Below, one piece after another: positions 26,397 to 38,065 of a stretch of 64,000 nucleotides of DNA; the first letter of the stretch is position 1; each line of letters begins with the position of its first letter. The notes below the pieces were generated by a model, which searched no databases, was not told where the DNA came from, and worked only from the letters and a program-made list of their open reading frames with translations. Origin of the DNA: Mobula hypostoma (Eukaryota); contig NC_086107.1 of the NCBI RefSeq assembly GCF_963921235.1, forward strand, positions 101,000,001 through 101,064,000, in the 5' to 3' direction. A program made the translations under genes and the position numbers.

Positions 26397-29300
26397 GTAC
26401 CTCTTCCTACAGATGCTGCCTGACCTGCTGTGTTCACCAGCAACTTCGATGTGTGTCAAGTGAATTTAAGGACAGGGTGGAAGCTGGAGGCAAAGTTGAT
26501 GAAATTGATGAACTCAGCATGGGTGCATGAAACAGCACCAATGCAGTCATTAATGGGGAGCATGACCAGGGAAGGCTTGGAACATGGACTGCTCTGTGTA
26601 GCCAATGGAGAGGCAGGCATAGCTGGGGCCCATGTGAGTGTCCATAGCTAACTCTTGAGCTTGAAGAAAGTGGAGGAGCCGAAGGAGAAATTGTTGAGGT
26701 TGAAGACCAATTCTGACAGACGGAGGAGGGTGGTGGTGGTGGAGGAGAACTGGTTGGATCTTTTGCCGAGAAAGAAGCAGAGAGCTTTAAGGCCTTCTTG
26801 ATAGGGGTTAGGAGTGTATATGGACTGTACATCTGTGATGAAGATGAGGCGGTCAGGGCTAGAGAATTGAAAGTTACTGAGAAGGGCATGAGAAGTGTCT
26901 TGGATGTGGGTGGGAAGGTACTGAATGAAGGGAGATAGAATTGAGTCGAGGAATACAGACCAAGTTCAGTGGGGCAGGAGCCGGCCGAGACAATGAGCGT
27001 ACCTAGCCAGTCAGGTTTCTGGATCGTGGGTTGGAGGTAGGAACAAGCAGTGTGGGGTTAGGGAATTATGAGCTTGCTGGCAATGGATGGAAGATTTCCC
27101 AATTTGATGAGATTAGTGATGGTGTGTGAGCCATTGGCCTGATGGTCTGGACTGGAGTTACTCCTTCTCGAGGGGTAGGTAAGAGGAGGGTCTGAGAGTT
27201 GCCGCCTGGCCTCTGCCAGATAGAGGCCAGTCCGCCACACTACGACAGCACCCCCTTTGATGGTGAAGCTGGGATTGGTGCGGAAAGAGTGGAGGGCAAT
27301 GCATTCAGAGGGGGTAAGGTTCAAGGAGGAGAGGAAAGCGCTGAAGCTGAACCCGTTGATGTCTCGTCAGCAACCTGAGATGAAAAGATCCAGAGCAGGG
27401 AGAGACTCACAGCGGGATGTCTAGGAATAGGACGAGGGTTGGAGGTGAGGGAAGGGGTCATTGGTGCAGGGTGAGGAATTCTGGCAAAAGAGGTGGGCTC
27501 GGGGTCAGAGGCAACGGGCGAAGAGCTCGCCGTCATGATGTGCACTGAGGAGCGGGAGAAGGGGGAAAAGGTAAGGCCCTTGTTGAGGACAGAACATTCC
27601 GCCTCAGAGGGGAGGGTTGGAGGGAATGGTGAAGACATGGCAGTGATTAGGTCGGCAATACGAGGTGAAAAGATCCAGAACCAGAGCGGGGTGTTCGGCA
27701 ATTCGAAATGAATCCCTAATTAGCTTCTCCTCTGACGTCACTCCCATTCTTACTGCCTGTTATGTGGCTGACGTGTAGGGCGGCAGTGAAGGTCCTCTAT
27801 CTCTGGCAGTGTTCAGGGCTTCATTCATTGTGCCAGTAGCTTCCCCTGGGTTTTCACTGCCGTCAGTCACACAAGTCCCGGTGGAGACTCAGGAATACCG
27901 TCACACTCAGATGTAGAAAGAGTCTTCAGTGCTGTTTCCGTAAGAGTTTCGTTTTACCAGTCAGGGTTGTTAGCCCTGAGCTGAACCCCTAAACCTGGAG
28001 GACTGGTGGGTCAATCTTAGTCTGTCGTCTACCCTTTGACCTACCAAGGGCCAACGCATAAAGCCCTGACTCCAGCCACCATAGTTCTCTGGGTCATTGA
28101 GGCACACAAGGCTCCAAACCACTGCAAGGTTGTGGTCTGCTTGGAGGATCATAGAAACATAGAAAACCTACAGCACAATACAAAGCTGTACCGAACATGT
28201 CCTTACCTGAGAAATTACCTAGAGTTATCCATAGCCCTCTATTTTTCTGAGCTCCATGTACCTGTCCAGGAGCCTCTTAAAAGACCCCATCGTATCCGCC
28301 TCCACCACCGTCGCCGGCAACCCATTCCACGCACTCACCACTCTCTGCGTAAAAAACTTACCCCTGATAACTCCTCGGTACCTATTCACTCCCATTCACT
28401 GTATAAAAAGAAACACATCCGGCTGCTTTAATTGAATGTGAACCGAAATATCTGTAGTGTAAGCTGACTTCGGATCCATTCCTCTACAAGCCACACATTC
28501 TCAGTCTGTTTATTAATTTCAGTTGATATTTGCCTTCATCAGTCTGTGGAACTGACTTTCAGTTATTTATTGCAGAAGGAACAGAACTCTTAATGGTTCA
28601 AACTTGAAAATTTGATTTTGAGAGCAGATTGGGTTGAAGAAACTTAACACCAGAGTCTTAAGTTTGTTGACATGCTGAAGTTTAGTTTCTACAGTTCAGG
28701 ATTTGTCCAATTTGCTTTGGAGAAATTCCAATTTTCTGAGCTTTTGTTCAAATATTTTTCCCAGTGTTAACAACACCGGAACAGGTAGTTTCCTCGAACC
28801 TGCTCAGCTTTTCAGTGAGATTATAAACGATTCATGAACGAGCTCCGTTATGCACGCCTTCCCCTCATCCCCTTGATATCTTTGTTCAGCAAAAATCTAA
28901 CATCCTCCGATTCAAAGTGAACTCAGTATTGGTTGCCATTTGGTAGAGGAGATGTCCAGCCAGTATCCTGCTGCTCGTTGCTTAACATCAATTCTAGGCC
29001 CCTCTTCCAGATTGTCTCCCAACCAGCAGCAGTACGCTCTCTCTCGCTACCACATTATTTCCCCTTAACACCCTGAACAATAGGGATTACAGGAAATCCA
29101 ACCCTAGATGGTAAAACCTCTCCTAACAATTTAACTTCTTCTGTCCAAGATATTCCAGTAAATTTGTGCATTCTAGAATTGAACTTCAGTGTAGTCCAGT
29201 GAGGACTTTGTGTATCTATGGGATAACTTCTATTTCCTATCTTTGTCTATTAGACCATAAGGAGTAAAATTTGGCCATTCAACCCATCAAGTCTGCTCCA

Positions 29301-30676
29301 CTGGATTCTCAACCCCATTTTTCTGCCTTCTCCCTGTAACCCTTAACCCTTCTCCACCGTCTGGCAGAGGAAATCCCTTCTGGTCTTGCTTTTCAAAGAA
29401 CGTCCCTTTATTCCGAGGCTGTGCCCTCACATTTGATTCTCTCCCACTGGGATTGTTCTCTCCACGTCTGCTCTATCCAGGCCTTTCAGTATCCAGTGGA
29501 TTCCAATGTGATCTGCTCACCCTTCTGAGTACATAAAGTACAGGCCCAGAGACATCAAATGCTCCTCAAATGTCAAGCCAATCATTCTTGAGAACTTCCT
29601 CTGGATCGTCTCCAAATACTTCCTTAGATACGGGGCATAAAATTACTCGGGATATTCCGAATGCCTGATTATTCTCTGATGTACAGGCCAACATTCCTTT
29701 GACCTTTCTGATGACTTAGTTTACTTGTCCATGATAATTTAGTATTACATTTGCAGGAACCCCCAAGTCTCTCCTAGTTCCATAGCTTCCAGATTTTCAC
29801 CTTGTTTAGCTACAAACTCTATGACCTCACCTCTGCTGACATTAGAAATCCATTTTCTGTAGTTTTGCCAACTGGTCACGGGTTCTGACTGTGTGGAGTG
29901 TGCATTTTTTCTCTCCGCAAACACGTGGGCGTCCCTCGGGTGCTCTGGCTGTCCCAGAGACTATGCGAGTTGGTTGATCGATTCTGCAAATTAGCCCTAG
30001 TGGAGGTGGGTGGCAAATAGAATCAAAAGTGTACTGTGAGCACTTGAGAGAGTGAATTGCGGGGAAACAAGTAGAAAAATGCGTCTGATGAGGATGCCCT
30101 TGCTAGAGAGCTAGCATGAACTCAATGGGCAGAGTGGCCACCTTCTGCAATATAATAAGTCAGTATCCTGCAAGGACCTGTACTGAGGCTGGAGCTGTTC
30201 ACTTTATTTATAAACGGTCCACGAACATTATCTTGCTATTTTTCTTTTCCACTATATATTTTTTGTAACTTTAATTTTTTTTATACGTCTTGCACTGTAC
30301 TGCTGCCACAATAAAACAGATTCCGTGACACGCCAGTGCTAATAAACCTGGCTCTGACATTTAGATAACTGGTTAGAGAGCCACATTTCCAAATTGCTAA
30401 CAGAGAGGTAGCTGGTGTGACAAGCTCTGCAAAGAAAAGCATTTTGTAGTGATGTTTAAAGGGTGTTTAAATGACACATGAATAGGCAGGGAATGTTCAA
30501 ACTTCAACATGTCACCTCGTACAATCCAGAGATTCATTTTCCTTCAGGCATATCCAGCAAATCTATAGAATAGGAACGACAACAGGATCAATGAAAGATC
30601 AACCAGACTACAGTAGACAACAACGGAGAGATGTAGAGCAGGGTCAGGCTGATGGAATTAGTTAAAATTGGAACGC

Positions 30677-31199
30677 AAACACGAGGAAATTTGCAGATGC
30701 TGGAGTTCCAAGCAACACACATAAAAGTTGCTGGTGAACGCAGCAGGCCAGGCAGCATCTCTAGGAAGAGGTACAGTCGACGTTTCAGGCTGAGACCCTT
30801 CGTCAGGACTAACTGAAAGAAGAGCTAATAAGAGGTTTGAAAGTGGGAGGGGGAGGGGGAGATCCAAAATGATAGGAGAAGACAGGAGGGGGAGGGATGG
30901 AGCCAAGAGCTGGACAGGTGATTGGCAAAAGGGATACGAGAGGATCATGGGACAGGAGGCCCAGGGAGAAGGAAAAAGCGGGGGGAACCCAGAGGATGGG
31001 CAAGGGGTATAGTGAGAGGGACAGAGGGAGAAAAAGGAGAGAGAGAGAAAGAATGTGTGTATATAAATAAATAAATAAATAGATAGATAACGGATGGGGT
31101 ACGAGGGGGAGGTGGGGCATTAGCAGAAGTTTGAGAATTCAATGTTCATGCCATCAGGTTGGAGGCTACCCTGACGGAATATAAGGTGTTGTTATAAGG
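30677..31199 (-). mobile_element. Young 5'-truncated PLE with an intact hammerhead
   Basis: Same sequence family as insertion A. TSD taaaattggaa(c/t)g at 30663-30675 and 31200-31212. Confidence 0.88.
30775..30810 (-). ncRNA. Minimal type I hammerhead ribozyme (GUC site)
   Basis: Reverse complement: AGTC CTGACGA A GGGT CTCA GCCT GAAA CG TC GACT. Confidence 0.85.
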
Positions 31200-31374
31200 T
31201 AAAATTGGAATGTTGGCTATAGTCATAGTGGGCTGAAGGGCCTGTTCCTGTTCTATATTTTATGTCCATTACTTTTTCAAATTATTCAGTTTAACAGAGA
31301 GGGCCAATGTAGATTTGTAAGGATGGGTCTTGCCTCATATAACAGAGGCAAAGCTCATCCTTTATAAAATCTAC

Positions 31375-32155
31375 AGCAATGCACACAAAATGCTGGAGGA
31401 ACTCAGCAGATCAGGCAATGTCTGTGGAGGGGAATGAACAGTTGTCGTATCGGGTCGAGGCCCTTCATCAGGTCTGGAAACGAAGGGAGAAGAAGCCAAA
31501 ATAAGAAAGTGGGGGCAGGGCAAATAGTACAAGCTGGCAGGTGATTGGTGAAGCCAGGTGAATGAGTGAGGCATGGGGGAAGAAGTGAGAGTCCGGGGGG
31601 TGATAGGTGGAAAATAAGAAGGAGGAATCTGACAGGAGAGGAGAGTGGACCATGGGGAAAACAAAGGAGGAGGAGCACCAGAGGGAGGCGATGGACGGGT
31701 GAAGGGGTACAATGGGGGCCAGAATGAGGAAAGGTAGGGGGGGAAGGAAGGTAGGAGTACAAGCTGGAAGGTGATGCATGAAGCCTGGGGTGGTGGGGAG
31801 AGGAATAAATAAGAAGCTGAAAGGTGAGAGGTGGAAAAGGTTAAAGGGCTGCAGAAGAAGGAATCTCATAGGAAAGGAAAGTTGACCATGGGAAAAAGAA
31901 AAGGGAAAATGGTCACCAGGGGAAGTGATAGACAGATGAGGAGAAGAGAAGAGGGGGAACCAGAGTGGGGAATTGAAGAAGAGGGGTGGGGGTGAGGGGA
32001 TAGACATTTTTGGAAGCTGGAGAAATCAATGTTCATGCTGTCAGGTTGGAGGCCACCCAGGTGGAACTCCAACCTGGAATGGCTGGCCTCATCAATGCAG
32101 CAGAGGAGGCCCTGGAACAACATATCAGAATGGGAATGGGAAGAAGGATTAAAAT
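31375..32155 (-). mobile_element. Older PLE 3' fragment with an internal duplication
   Basis: Terminal module, purine-rich UTR and LQPDSMNIDFS peptide. Confidence 0.7.
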
Positions 32156-32243
32156 CTATCTTGGCCCTCTCTGATCAGCTGAGAACTTTCAAGCTGTCCA
32201 TTCACTGAACTTAGTTACTGGTCCATCATTGTCTTGTTGAAAG

Positions 32244-32321
32244 GCCAAGGCAGCTGGATCAGAGAAGAGAGTGATTTCAAGCAAGTGTTATAAAATATCT
32301 GTACATTGGAGTGGCAATAGA
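32244..32321 (+). CDS. Predicted internal exon AKAAGSEKRVISSKCYKISVHWSGNR
   Basis: Acceptor ttgtcttgttgaaag, weak donor gttgga, 78 nt. C15, K17, S19 and terminal N-K/R match exon 12687. Confidence 0.5.
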
Positions 32322-33096
32322 GTTGGAGATTGAGGAGAAATTTGCTTCAAGTTCTGTGGATAAAAAGCTCTTTATAGGACCAAAGTGTGATTACATTTAG
32401 TTTCTCCAGGAATCGGTTAACACTTAACTATTTATAACCAGTTGGAGTCTGAGGATCTTTCTCTTTGACCGCAAGATATTTGGTCTATTCCTGGTTGTTG
32501 TTCAAATTGTTTTGGAATTTTCAGGATCATTATGTTTCATTGAATCACCTAAAGCTTAAAAACTTGATTAAAAAATCAAATAACTTGAATGAAAACAAAG
32601 CCATTTGGTCCCCAGTAGGTCAATACAGGTTTGCTGGAGGCTATCCCTTAGAATAAAAAGTTTGTGAGGATCATTTGTTGCCTCTGGGCCTGTACTCAAT
32701 GGAATTCAGAAGGATGAAAGGTGGGAGATCTCATAGAAACTTACTAGATACTGAAAGGCTTAGATAGGGTGGATTTCGAGAGGATGTTTCCAATATTGGG
32801 AGAGTCTAGGATCTGAGGGATCCCTTTAGAACAGAAATGAGGAACAACTTCTTCAGCCAGAGAGTGATGAATCTGTGGAATGTGTTGCCATAGAGGGCTG
32901 CGGAGGACAAGTAATTGAGTATATTTAAGGCAGAGAATGATAGATACTTAATTGGTGAGGGGATTAGGGGTTTTGGGGAGAAGGCAGGAGAATAGGGTTG
33001 GAATAAAGATCAGCCATGATTGGATGGTGATACAGACTCAACAGGTTGAATGGTCAATATCTTGTAGTCATATGGTCTTATTTGCTTATTCTTTAG

Positions 33097-33165
33097 AAGG
33101 ACAACAAATTCTTCTCACAGAGTGGCCACAGGGGATATCTGCGATCTAGCACCAAAAGAGGCGAG
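33097..33165 (+). CDS. Predicted internal exon KDNKFFSQSGHRGYLRSSTKRGE
   Basis: Acceptor tttgcttattctttag, donor gtttgt, 69 nt. Aligns without gaps to 46148 and 48019. Confidence 0.75.
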
Positions 33166-34906
33166 GTTTGTATTTGATTGTGTGCACAGTGAATCATCTG
33201 TCAAAGGCCCTCTGTCTGTGCAAGTCATCCCCTGGTGGGGAAGTTGGCAAGGGAGTCAAGTTTACAGAACTGGTTCTGGAACAAGTACTACTAGCATTTT
33301 ACTTTGCTTGAACATTGAGTGGGCTGAAAGATTTAGGGAATTACTTTCTATTGTTTTTGTTAAAATGCCAGCCTGGAGCAAGGCCAGATTGTAAAGTATG
33401 GGTTGAATGTAATGAGAGCTCCTTCAATTCTTTCTGAAAAGCTGCCCCAGCTTCGCTCGTGTGTCTCTGACATCCACGGGGCCCTGGGTTAAAATTGCAT
33501 CGGGGCATTTTGTGGATGACTTTTAACCCCCTGTGGCAGTGTAATAGCTGCCAGTCACAGATGTCTCACACATGCATTCTTTTAAAAGATTGGGGTGATT
33601 AATATCCTCTAAAAGGGAACTCGATGGTTCTGTCACTGACCAAGCGAGCTCACATTCACTGGTAGCAAACTCAATCTTGTGCAGGTGACGAGAGGACCGA
33701 TGCCAGGGAATTTTTTTTTCATCTCCAGGAATCAGACCAGGGTCAATATTTATCGCCATCCCTAATTTCCCTTGAGAAGGTGCCGGTGAGTCACCTCCTT
33801 GAACCGCTGCTGTCTTACTGCTGATCTCAACCTTGCCAATCTGGGATCACCGCCACCAGCTTCAGGTTCCCCTGACTTGAAAATATTTTGACTCGCTGTA
33901 ACTGGGCCGGAGTTCTGGAACCTCTCCTGGACTAATCCTCTCCCTGAGAGACGGCAGCAGGGCAGGGCGTTGACTCACCAGCGCCATCTGCAGGCCAGTC
34001 AAACATTGGCTTTGCTGGCAGTGCTCACATCCAGAGAAACGCCGGGGGAAAGGAAGGATCAGTCAGGGTGGGACCTGGGGAGTGACCAGGTTCTGCCTGC
34101 ACTGTGTTATGTGACCCCATCACCGTGCCAAATAGAATATATGGAGCAAACAGCTGGAATCAGTGTGAAATTACAGGCTGCTTTAGAGCAGCACAGCACA
34201 AGAACATACCTTTTGGCCGACAATCTAAAGCCTGTGGCCCGGTGTCTGCACCACAGCCAGGGAATTAGTCCGACACCTTGGAAGAACATGTCACGATGAC
34301 ACAACATGTATTGGAAAAGCAGCACCAGCTGACGATTCCAGTCAGTGACTGTGCTAAGCCACCCCCCTAACAGTGGTTCACATCACCACCCGGCCATAGG
34401 CACTGGCTTATAGTGAAGCAGCCTTAGTGAAGAGTAGCTTCCCTGAGTCTTAATCACAGAGCAGTTCACAGAATCTAAAGGTAGAATGATCCCTCTGGGC
34501 CACCTCCCTCGTACACGTCAGTCTAGAACTGGTTCAAGTAAAAGTATGTGGTTGCGGTTGGCTGCATGAATAGCAAGAAAATTAGCTTTTTGCAACAACA
34601 GAACCGTGCATTAAAATATGACAAACGTAAATTAACATTTACATAACTCGTAAGTGTGCAAAAGTGCACAGAACAAACACGGCGGCTCTAGTGCAATTTG
34701 TGTGTGACAGAGAGGGAGAGAAATAAATCGTGTTAAGAACTCACATATAAAATGTTGGAGGAACTCAGCAGGTCAGGCAGCATCTATGGAAATCAATAAA
34801 CTGTTGACATTTTGGGCCGAGACCCTGTATCAGGACTGGAAAGAGAGGGTGAAGATGCCAGAATGAAAACATGGTGGTACGGGAAGGACTACAAGCTAAA
34901 TGGTGA

Positions 34907-35352
34907 TAGATGGAGCCTGATGGGGTGGGAGGGAGATGAAGTAAGAAGCTAGAATGCGATAGGTGGACAAGCAACACACATCAAAGTTTCTGGTGAACGC
35001 AGCAGGCCAGGTAACATCTACCGGAAGAGGTACAGTCGACATTTCGGGACGAAGGGTCTCGGCCCGAAACGTCGACTGTATCTCTTCCTATAGATGCTGC
35101 CTGGCCTGCTGCGTTCACCAGCAACTTTGATGCAATAGGTGGAGCCTGGTGGGGTGGGAGGGAGATGAAGTAAGAAGCTAGAATGCGATAAGTGGAGCCT
35201 GGTGGGGTGGGAGGGAGATGAAGTAAGAAGCTAGAATGAGATAGGTGGAGCCTGGTGGGGTGAGAGGGAGGTGAAGTAAGAAGCTAGAATGCGATAGGTG
35301 GAGCCTGGTGGGGTGGGAGGAAGATGAAATAAGAAGCTAGAAGGCGATAGGT
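34907..35352. repeat. 53-bp tandem repeat (~5 units) within a PLE UTR
   Basis: Unit ataggtggagcctggtggggtgggagggagatgaagtaagaagctagaatgcg starts at 35135, 35188, 35241 and 35294. A first unit lies before the mini-element. Confidence 0.9.
34968..35129. mobile_element. Palindromic PLE mini-element
   Basis: Inverted terminal modules. TSD atgc(g/a)ataggtgga at 34954-34967 and 35130-35143. Confidence 0.82.
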
Positions 35353-36508
35353 TGAAAAGGTAAAGGGCTGTATGTATTTAAGGCAGAGATTGATAGGTAT
35401 CTGAGTAGCCAGGGTATCAAAGCTTATGGTGAGAAGGTGGGGGAGTGGGACTAATTGGGAGAATGGATCAGCTCATGATAAAATGGCGGAGCAGACTCAA
35501 TAGGCCGAATGGCTGACTTCTGCTCCTTTGTGTTATGGTCTAAGAACATGATAGGAGAGCAGAGTTGACCATGGGAGAAAGGAAAGGAGAATGGGCTCCA
35601 GGGATAGTGATAGGCAGGTGAGGGGATGAGAGATGTGAGAGGGGGAGCCAGAGTGGGGAATTGAAGAAGTGGGAAGGCGGAGGGGAAGAAATTACTGGAA
35701 GTTAGAGAAATCGATATTCATGCTATCAGGTTGGAGGCTACCGAGACAGAATATGAGGTGTTGCTCCTCCAACCTGAGAGTGGCCTCATCCTGGCAGTAG
35801 AGGAGGTCATTAACCGCCATGTCCGAATGGGAAAGGAGACTGGGATTGAAATAGTTGGCCACCGGAATATCGTGCTCTGTGTGAGTGGAGCGAAGGTGCT
35901 CCCCCCCACTCCAAATCAGAGAAAATCTGCAGATGCTGGAAATCCAACCAACACACACAAAACAGTGGAGGAACTCAGCAGGCCAGGCAGATGGGAGGTG
36001 AATGGACAGGTCTAACACTTCTTCCACTTGCAGGGTTAAGTGCCTGGAGGGAAATTAGTGGGGAGGGATGAATGGACAAGGAAATCTTGGAGGGAGCTAT
36101 AACTGCAGAAAGTGGAGATTGCGGGGGGGGGGGGTGCGGTAAAGATGTATCTGGTGGTAGGAACCCAGTGTTTTTCAGATTGGTTCAAGAACCTAATGGC
36201 AGTGGTGCTGTTCGACTTTGGGGTGTGAGCCTTCAGTCTGCTGTACCTCGTGCCCAATGGCAGCTCCAAGAAAAGGGCATAACTGGGATTGTGGGGGTCC
36301 CTAGCGATGGATGCTATCTTCCTGAGACATCCCCTCTTGAGATGTCGTTGATGGTGGGAAGAGCTATACCTGTGATGGAACTGGCTGAATTCCACTACTC
36401 TCTGCAGCCTAAACAACAGGAATTCTGCAGATGCTGGAAATTCAAGCAACATACATCAAAGTTGCTGGTGAACGCAGCAGGCCAAGCAGCATCTATAGGA
36501 AGAGGCAC

Positions 36509-36544
36509 AGTCGACGTTTCAGGCCGAGACCCTTCGTCAGGACT
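36509..36544 (-). ncRNA. Minimal type I hammerhead ribozyme (GUC site)
   Basis: Reverse complement: AGTC CTGACGA A GGGT CTCG GCCT GAAA CG TC GACT. Confidence 0.85.
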
Positions 36545-37462
36545 AACTGAAGGAAGAGTGAGTAAGGGATTTGAAAGCTGGAGGGGGAGGGGGAGATGCA
36601 AAATGATAGGAGAAGACAGGAGGGGGAGGGATAGAGCCGAGAGCTGGACAGGTGATAGGCAAAAGGGGATACGAGAGGATCATGGGACAGGAGGCCTAGG
36701 GAGAAAGACGGGGGGGGTGACCCAGAGGATGGGCAAGAGGTATATTCAGAGGGACAGAGGGAGAAAAAGAGTGAGAGAAAGAATGTGTGCATAAAAATGA
36801 GTAACAGCTGGGGTACGAGGGGGAGGTGGGGCCTAGCGGAAGTTAGAGAAGTCAATGTTCATGCCATCAGGTTGGAGGCTACCCAGACGGAATATAAGGT
36901 GTTGTTCCTCCAACCTGAGTGTGGCTTCATCTTTACAGTAGAGGAGGCCGTGGATAGACATGTCAGAATGGGAATGGGATGTGGAATTAAAATGTGTGGC
37001 CACTGGGTGATCCTGCTTTCTCTGGCGGACAGAGCGTAGATGTTCAGCAAAGCGGTCTCCCAGTCTGCGTCAGGTCTCACCAATATATAAAAGGCCACAT
37101 CGGGAGCACCGGATGCAGTATATCACCCCAGTCGACTCACAGGTGAAGTGATGCCTCACCTGGAAGGACTGTTTGGGGCCCTGAATGGTGGTAAGGGAGG
37201 AAGTGTAAGGGCATGTGTAGCACTTGTTCCGCTTACACGGATAAGTGCCAGGAGGGAGATCAGTGGGGAGGGATGGGGGGGACGAATGGACAAGGGAGTT
37301 GTGTAGGGAGCGATCCCTGCGGAATGCAGAGGGGGGGGGAGGGAAAGATGTGCTTAGTGGTGGGATCCCGTTGGAGGTGGCGGAAGTTACGGAGAATAAT
37401 ATGTTGGTCCCGGAGACTGGTGGGGTGGTAGGTGAGGTCCAGGGGAAGCCTCACCTACATGG

Positions 37463-38065
37463 ACCTACCACCCCACCAGCCTCCGGGTCCAACATATTAT
37501 TCTCCGTAACTTCCGCCACCTCCAACGGGATCCCACCACTAAGCACATCTTTCCCTCCCCCCCTCTCTCTGCATTCCGCAGGGATCGCTCCCTACACAAC
37601 TCCCTTGTCCATTCGTCCCCCCCATCCCTCCCCACTGATCTCCCTCCTGGCACTTATCCGTGTAAGCGGAACAAGTGCTACACATGCCCTTACACTTCCT
37701 CCCTTACCACCATTCAGGGCCCCAAACAGTCCTTCCAAGTGAGGCATCACTTCACCTGTGAGTCGACTGAGGTGATATACTGCGTCCGGTGCTCCCGATG
37801 TGGCCTTTTATATATTGGTGAGACCCGACACAGACTGGGAGACCGCTTTGCTGAACATCTACGCTCTGTCCGCCAGAGAAAGCAGGATCTCCCAGTGGCC
37901 ACACATTTTAATTCCACATCCCATTCCCATTCTGACATGTCTATCCACGGCCTCCTCTACTGTAAAGATGAAGCCACACTCAGGTTGGAGGAACAACACC
38001 TTATATTCCGTCTGGGTAGCCTCCAACCTGATGGCATGAACATTGACTTCTCTAACTTCCGCTAG
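37463..38065 (+). CDS. 5'-truncated PLE ORF: Cys linker plus GIY-YIG endonuclease (~200 codons open)
   Basis: CKRNKCYTC linker, then VIYCVRCSRCGLLYIGETRHRLGDRFAEH...HF...LRLEEQHLIFRLGSLQPDGMN. The mirror copy on the minus arm has a CGA>TGA stop. Confidence 0.88.
   Translation, partial: TYHPTSLRVQHIILRNFRHLQRDPTTKHIFPSPPLSAFRRDRSLHNSLVHSSPPSLPTDLPPGTYPCKRNKCYTCPYTSSLTTIQGPKQSFQVRHHFTCESTEVIYCVRCSRCGLLYIGETRHRLGDRFAEHLRSVRQRKQDLPVATHFNSTSHSHSDMSIHGLLYCKDEATLRLEEQHLIFRLGSLQPDGMNIDFSNFR

Larger units (their letters stand above)
25275..26456. mobile_element. Young PLE fold-back (inverted) insertion A
   Basis: Minus arm 25275-~25895 and plus arm ~25894-26456. Endonuclease C-terminal ORFs on both strands. 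TSD caagtgaatttaag at 25257-25270 and 26457-26470. Confidence 0.9.
24262..27710 (-). mobile_element. Old, decayed, near-full-length Penelope-like element, interrupted by a younger PLE at 25275-26456
   Basis: Minus-strand peptides KGGAVVVWRTGLYLAEARRQLSD and EEQHLIFCLGSLQPDGMNI, frameshifted RT pieces, and a terminal module with a decayed hammerhead at 24322-24357. Confidence 0.8.
34740..36165 (-). mobile_element. Older PLE 3' fragment with nested inserts
   Basis: Terminal module at 34740-34840 and ORF 35692-36027 with ATLRLEEQHLIFCLGSLQPDSMNIDFSNF. Confidence 0.75.

Noticed and set aside
35135..35352. Regular repeat array as a possible CRISPR
   Set aside because: Contiguous units without unique spacers, in a eukaryotic context.
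36072..36794. 240-aa ORF
   Set aside because: Chance antisense read-through across PLE, Rex1 and PLE UTR junctions.
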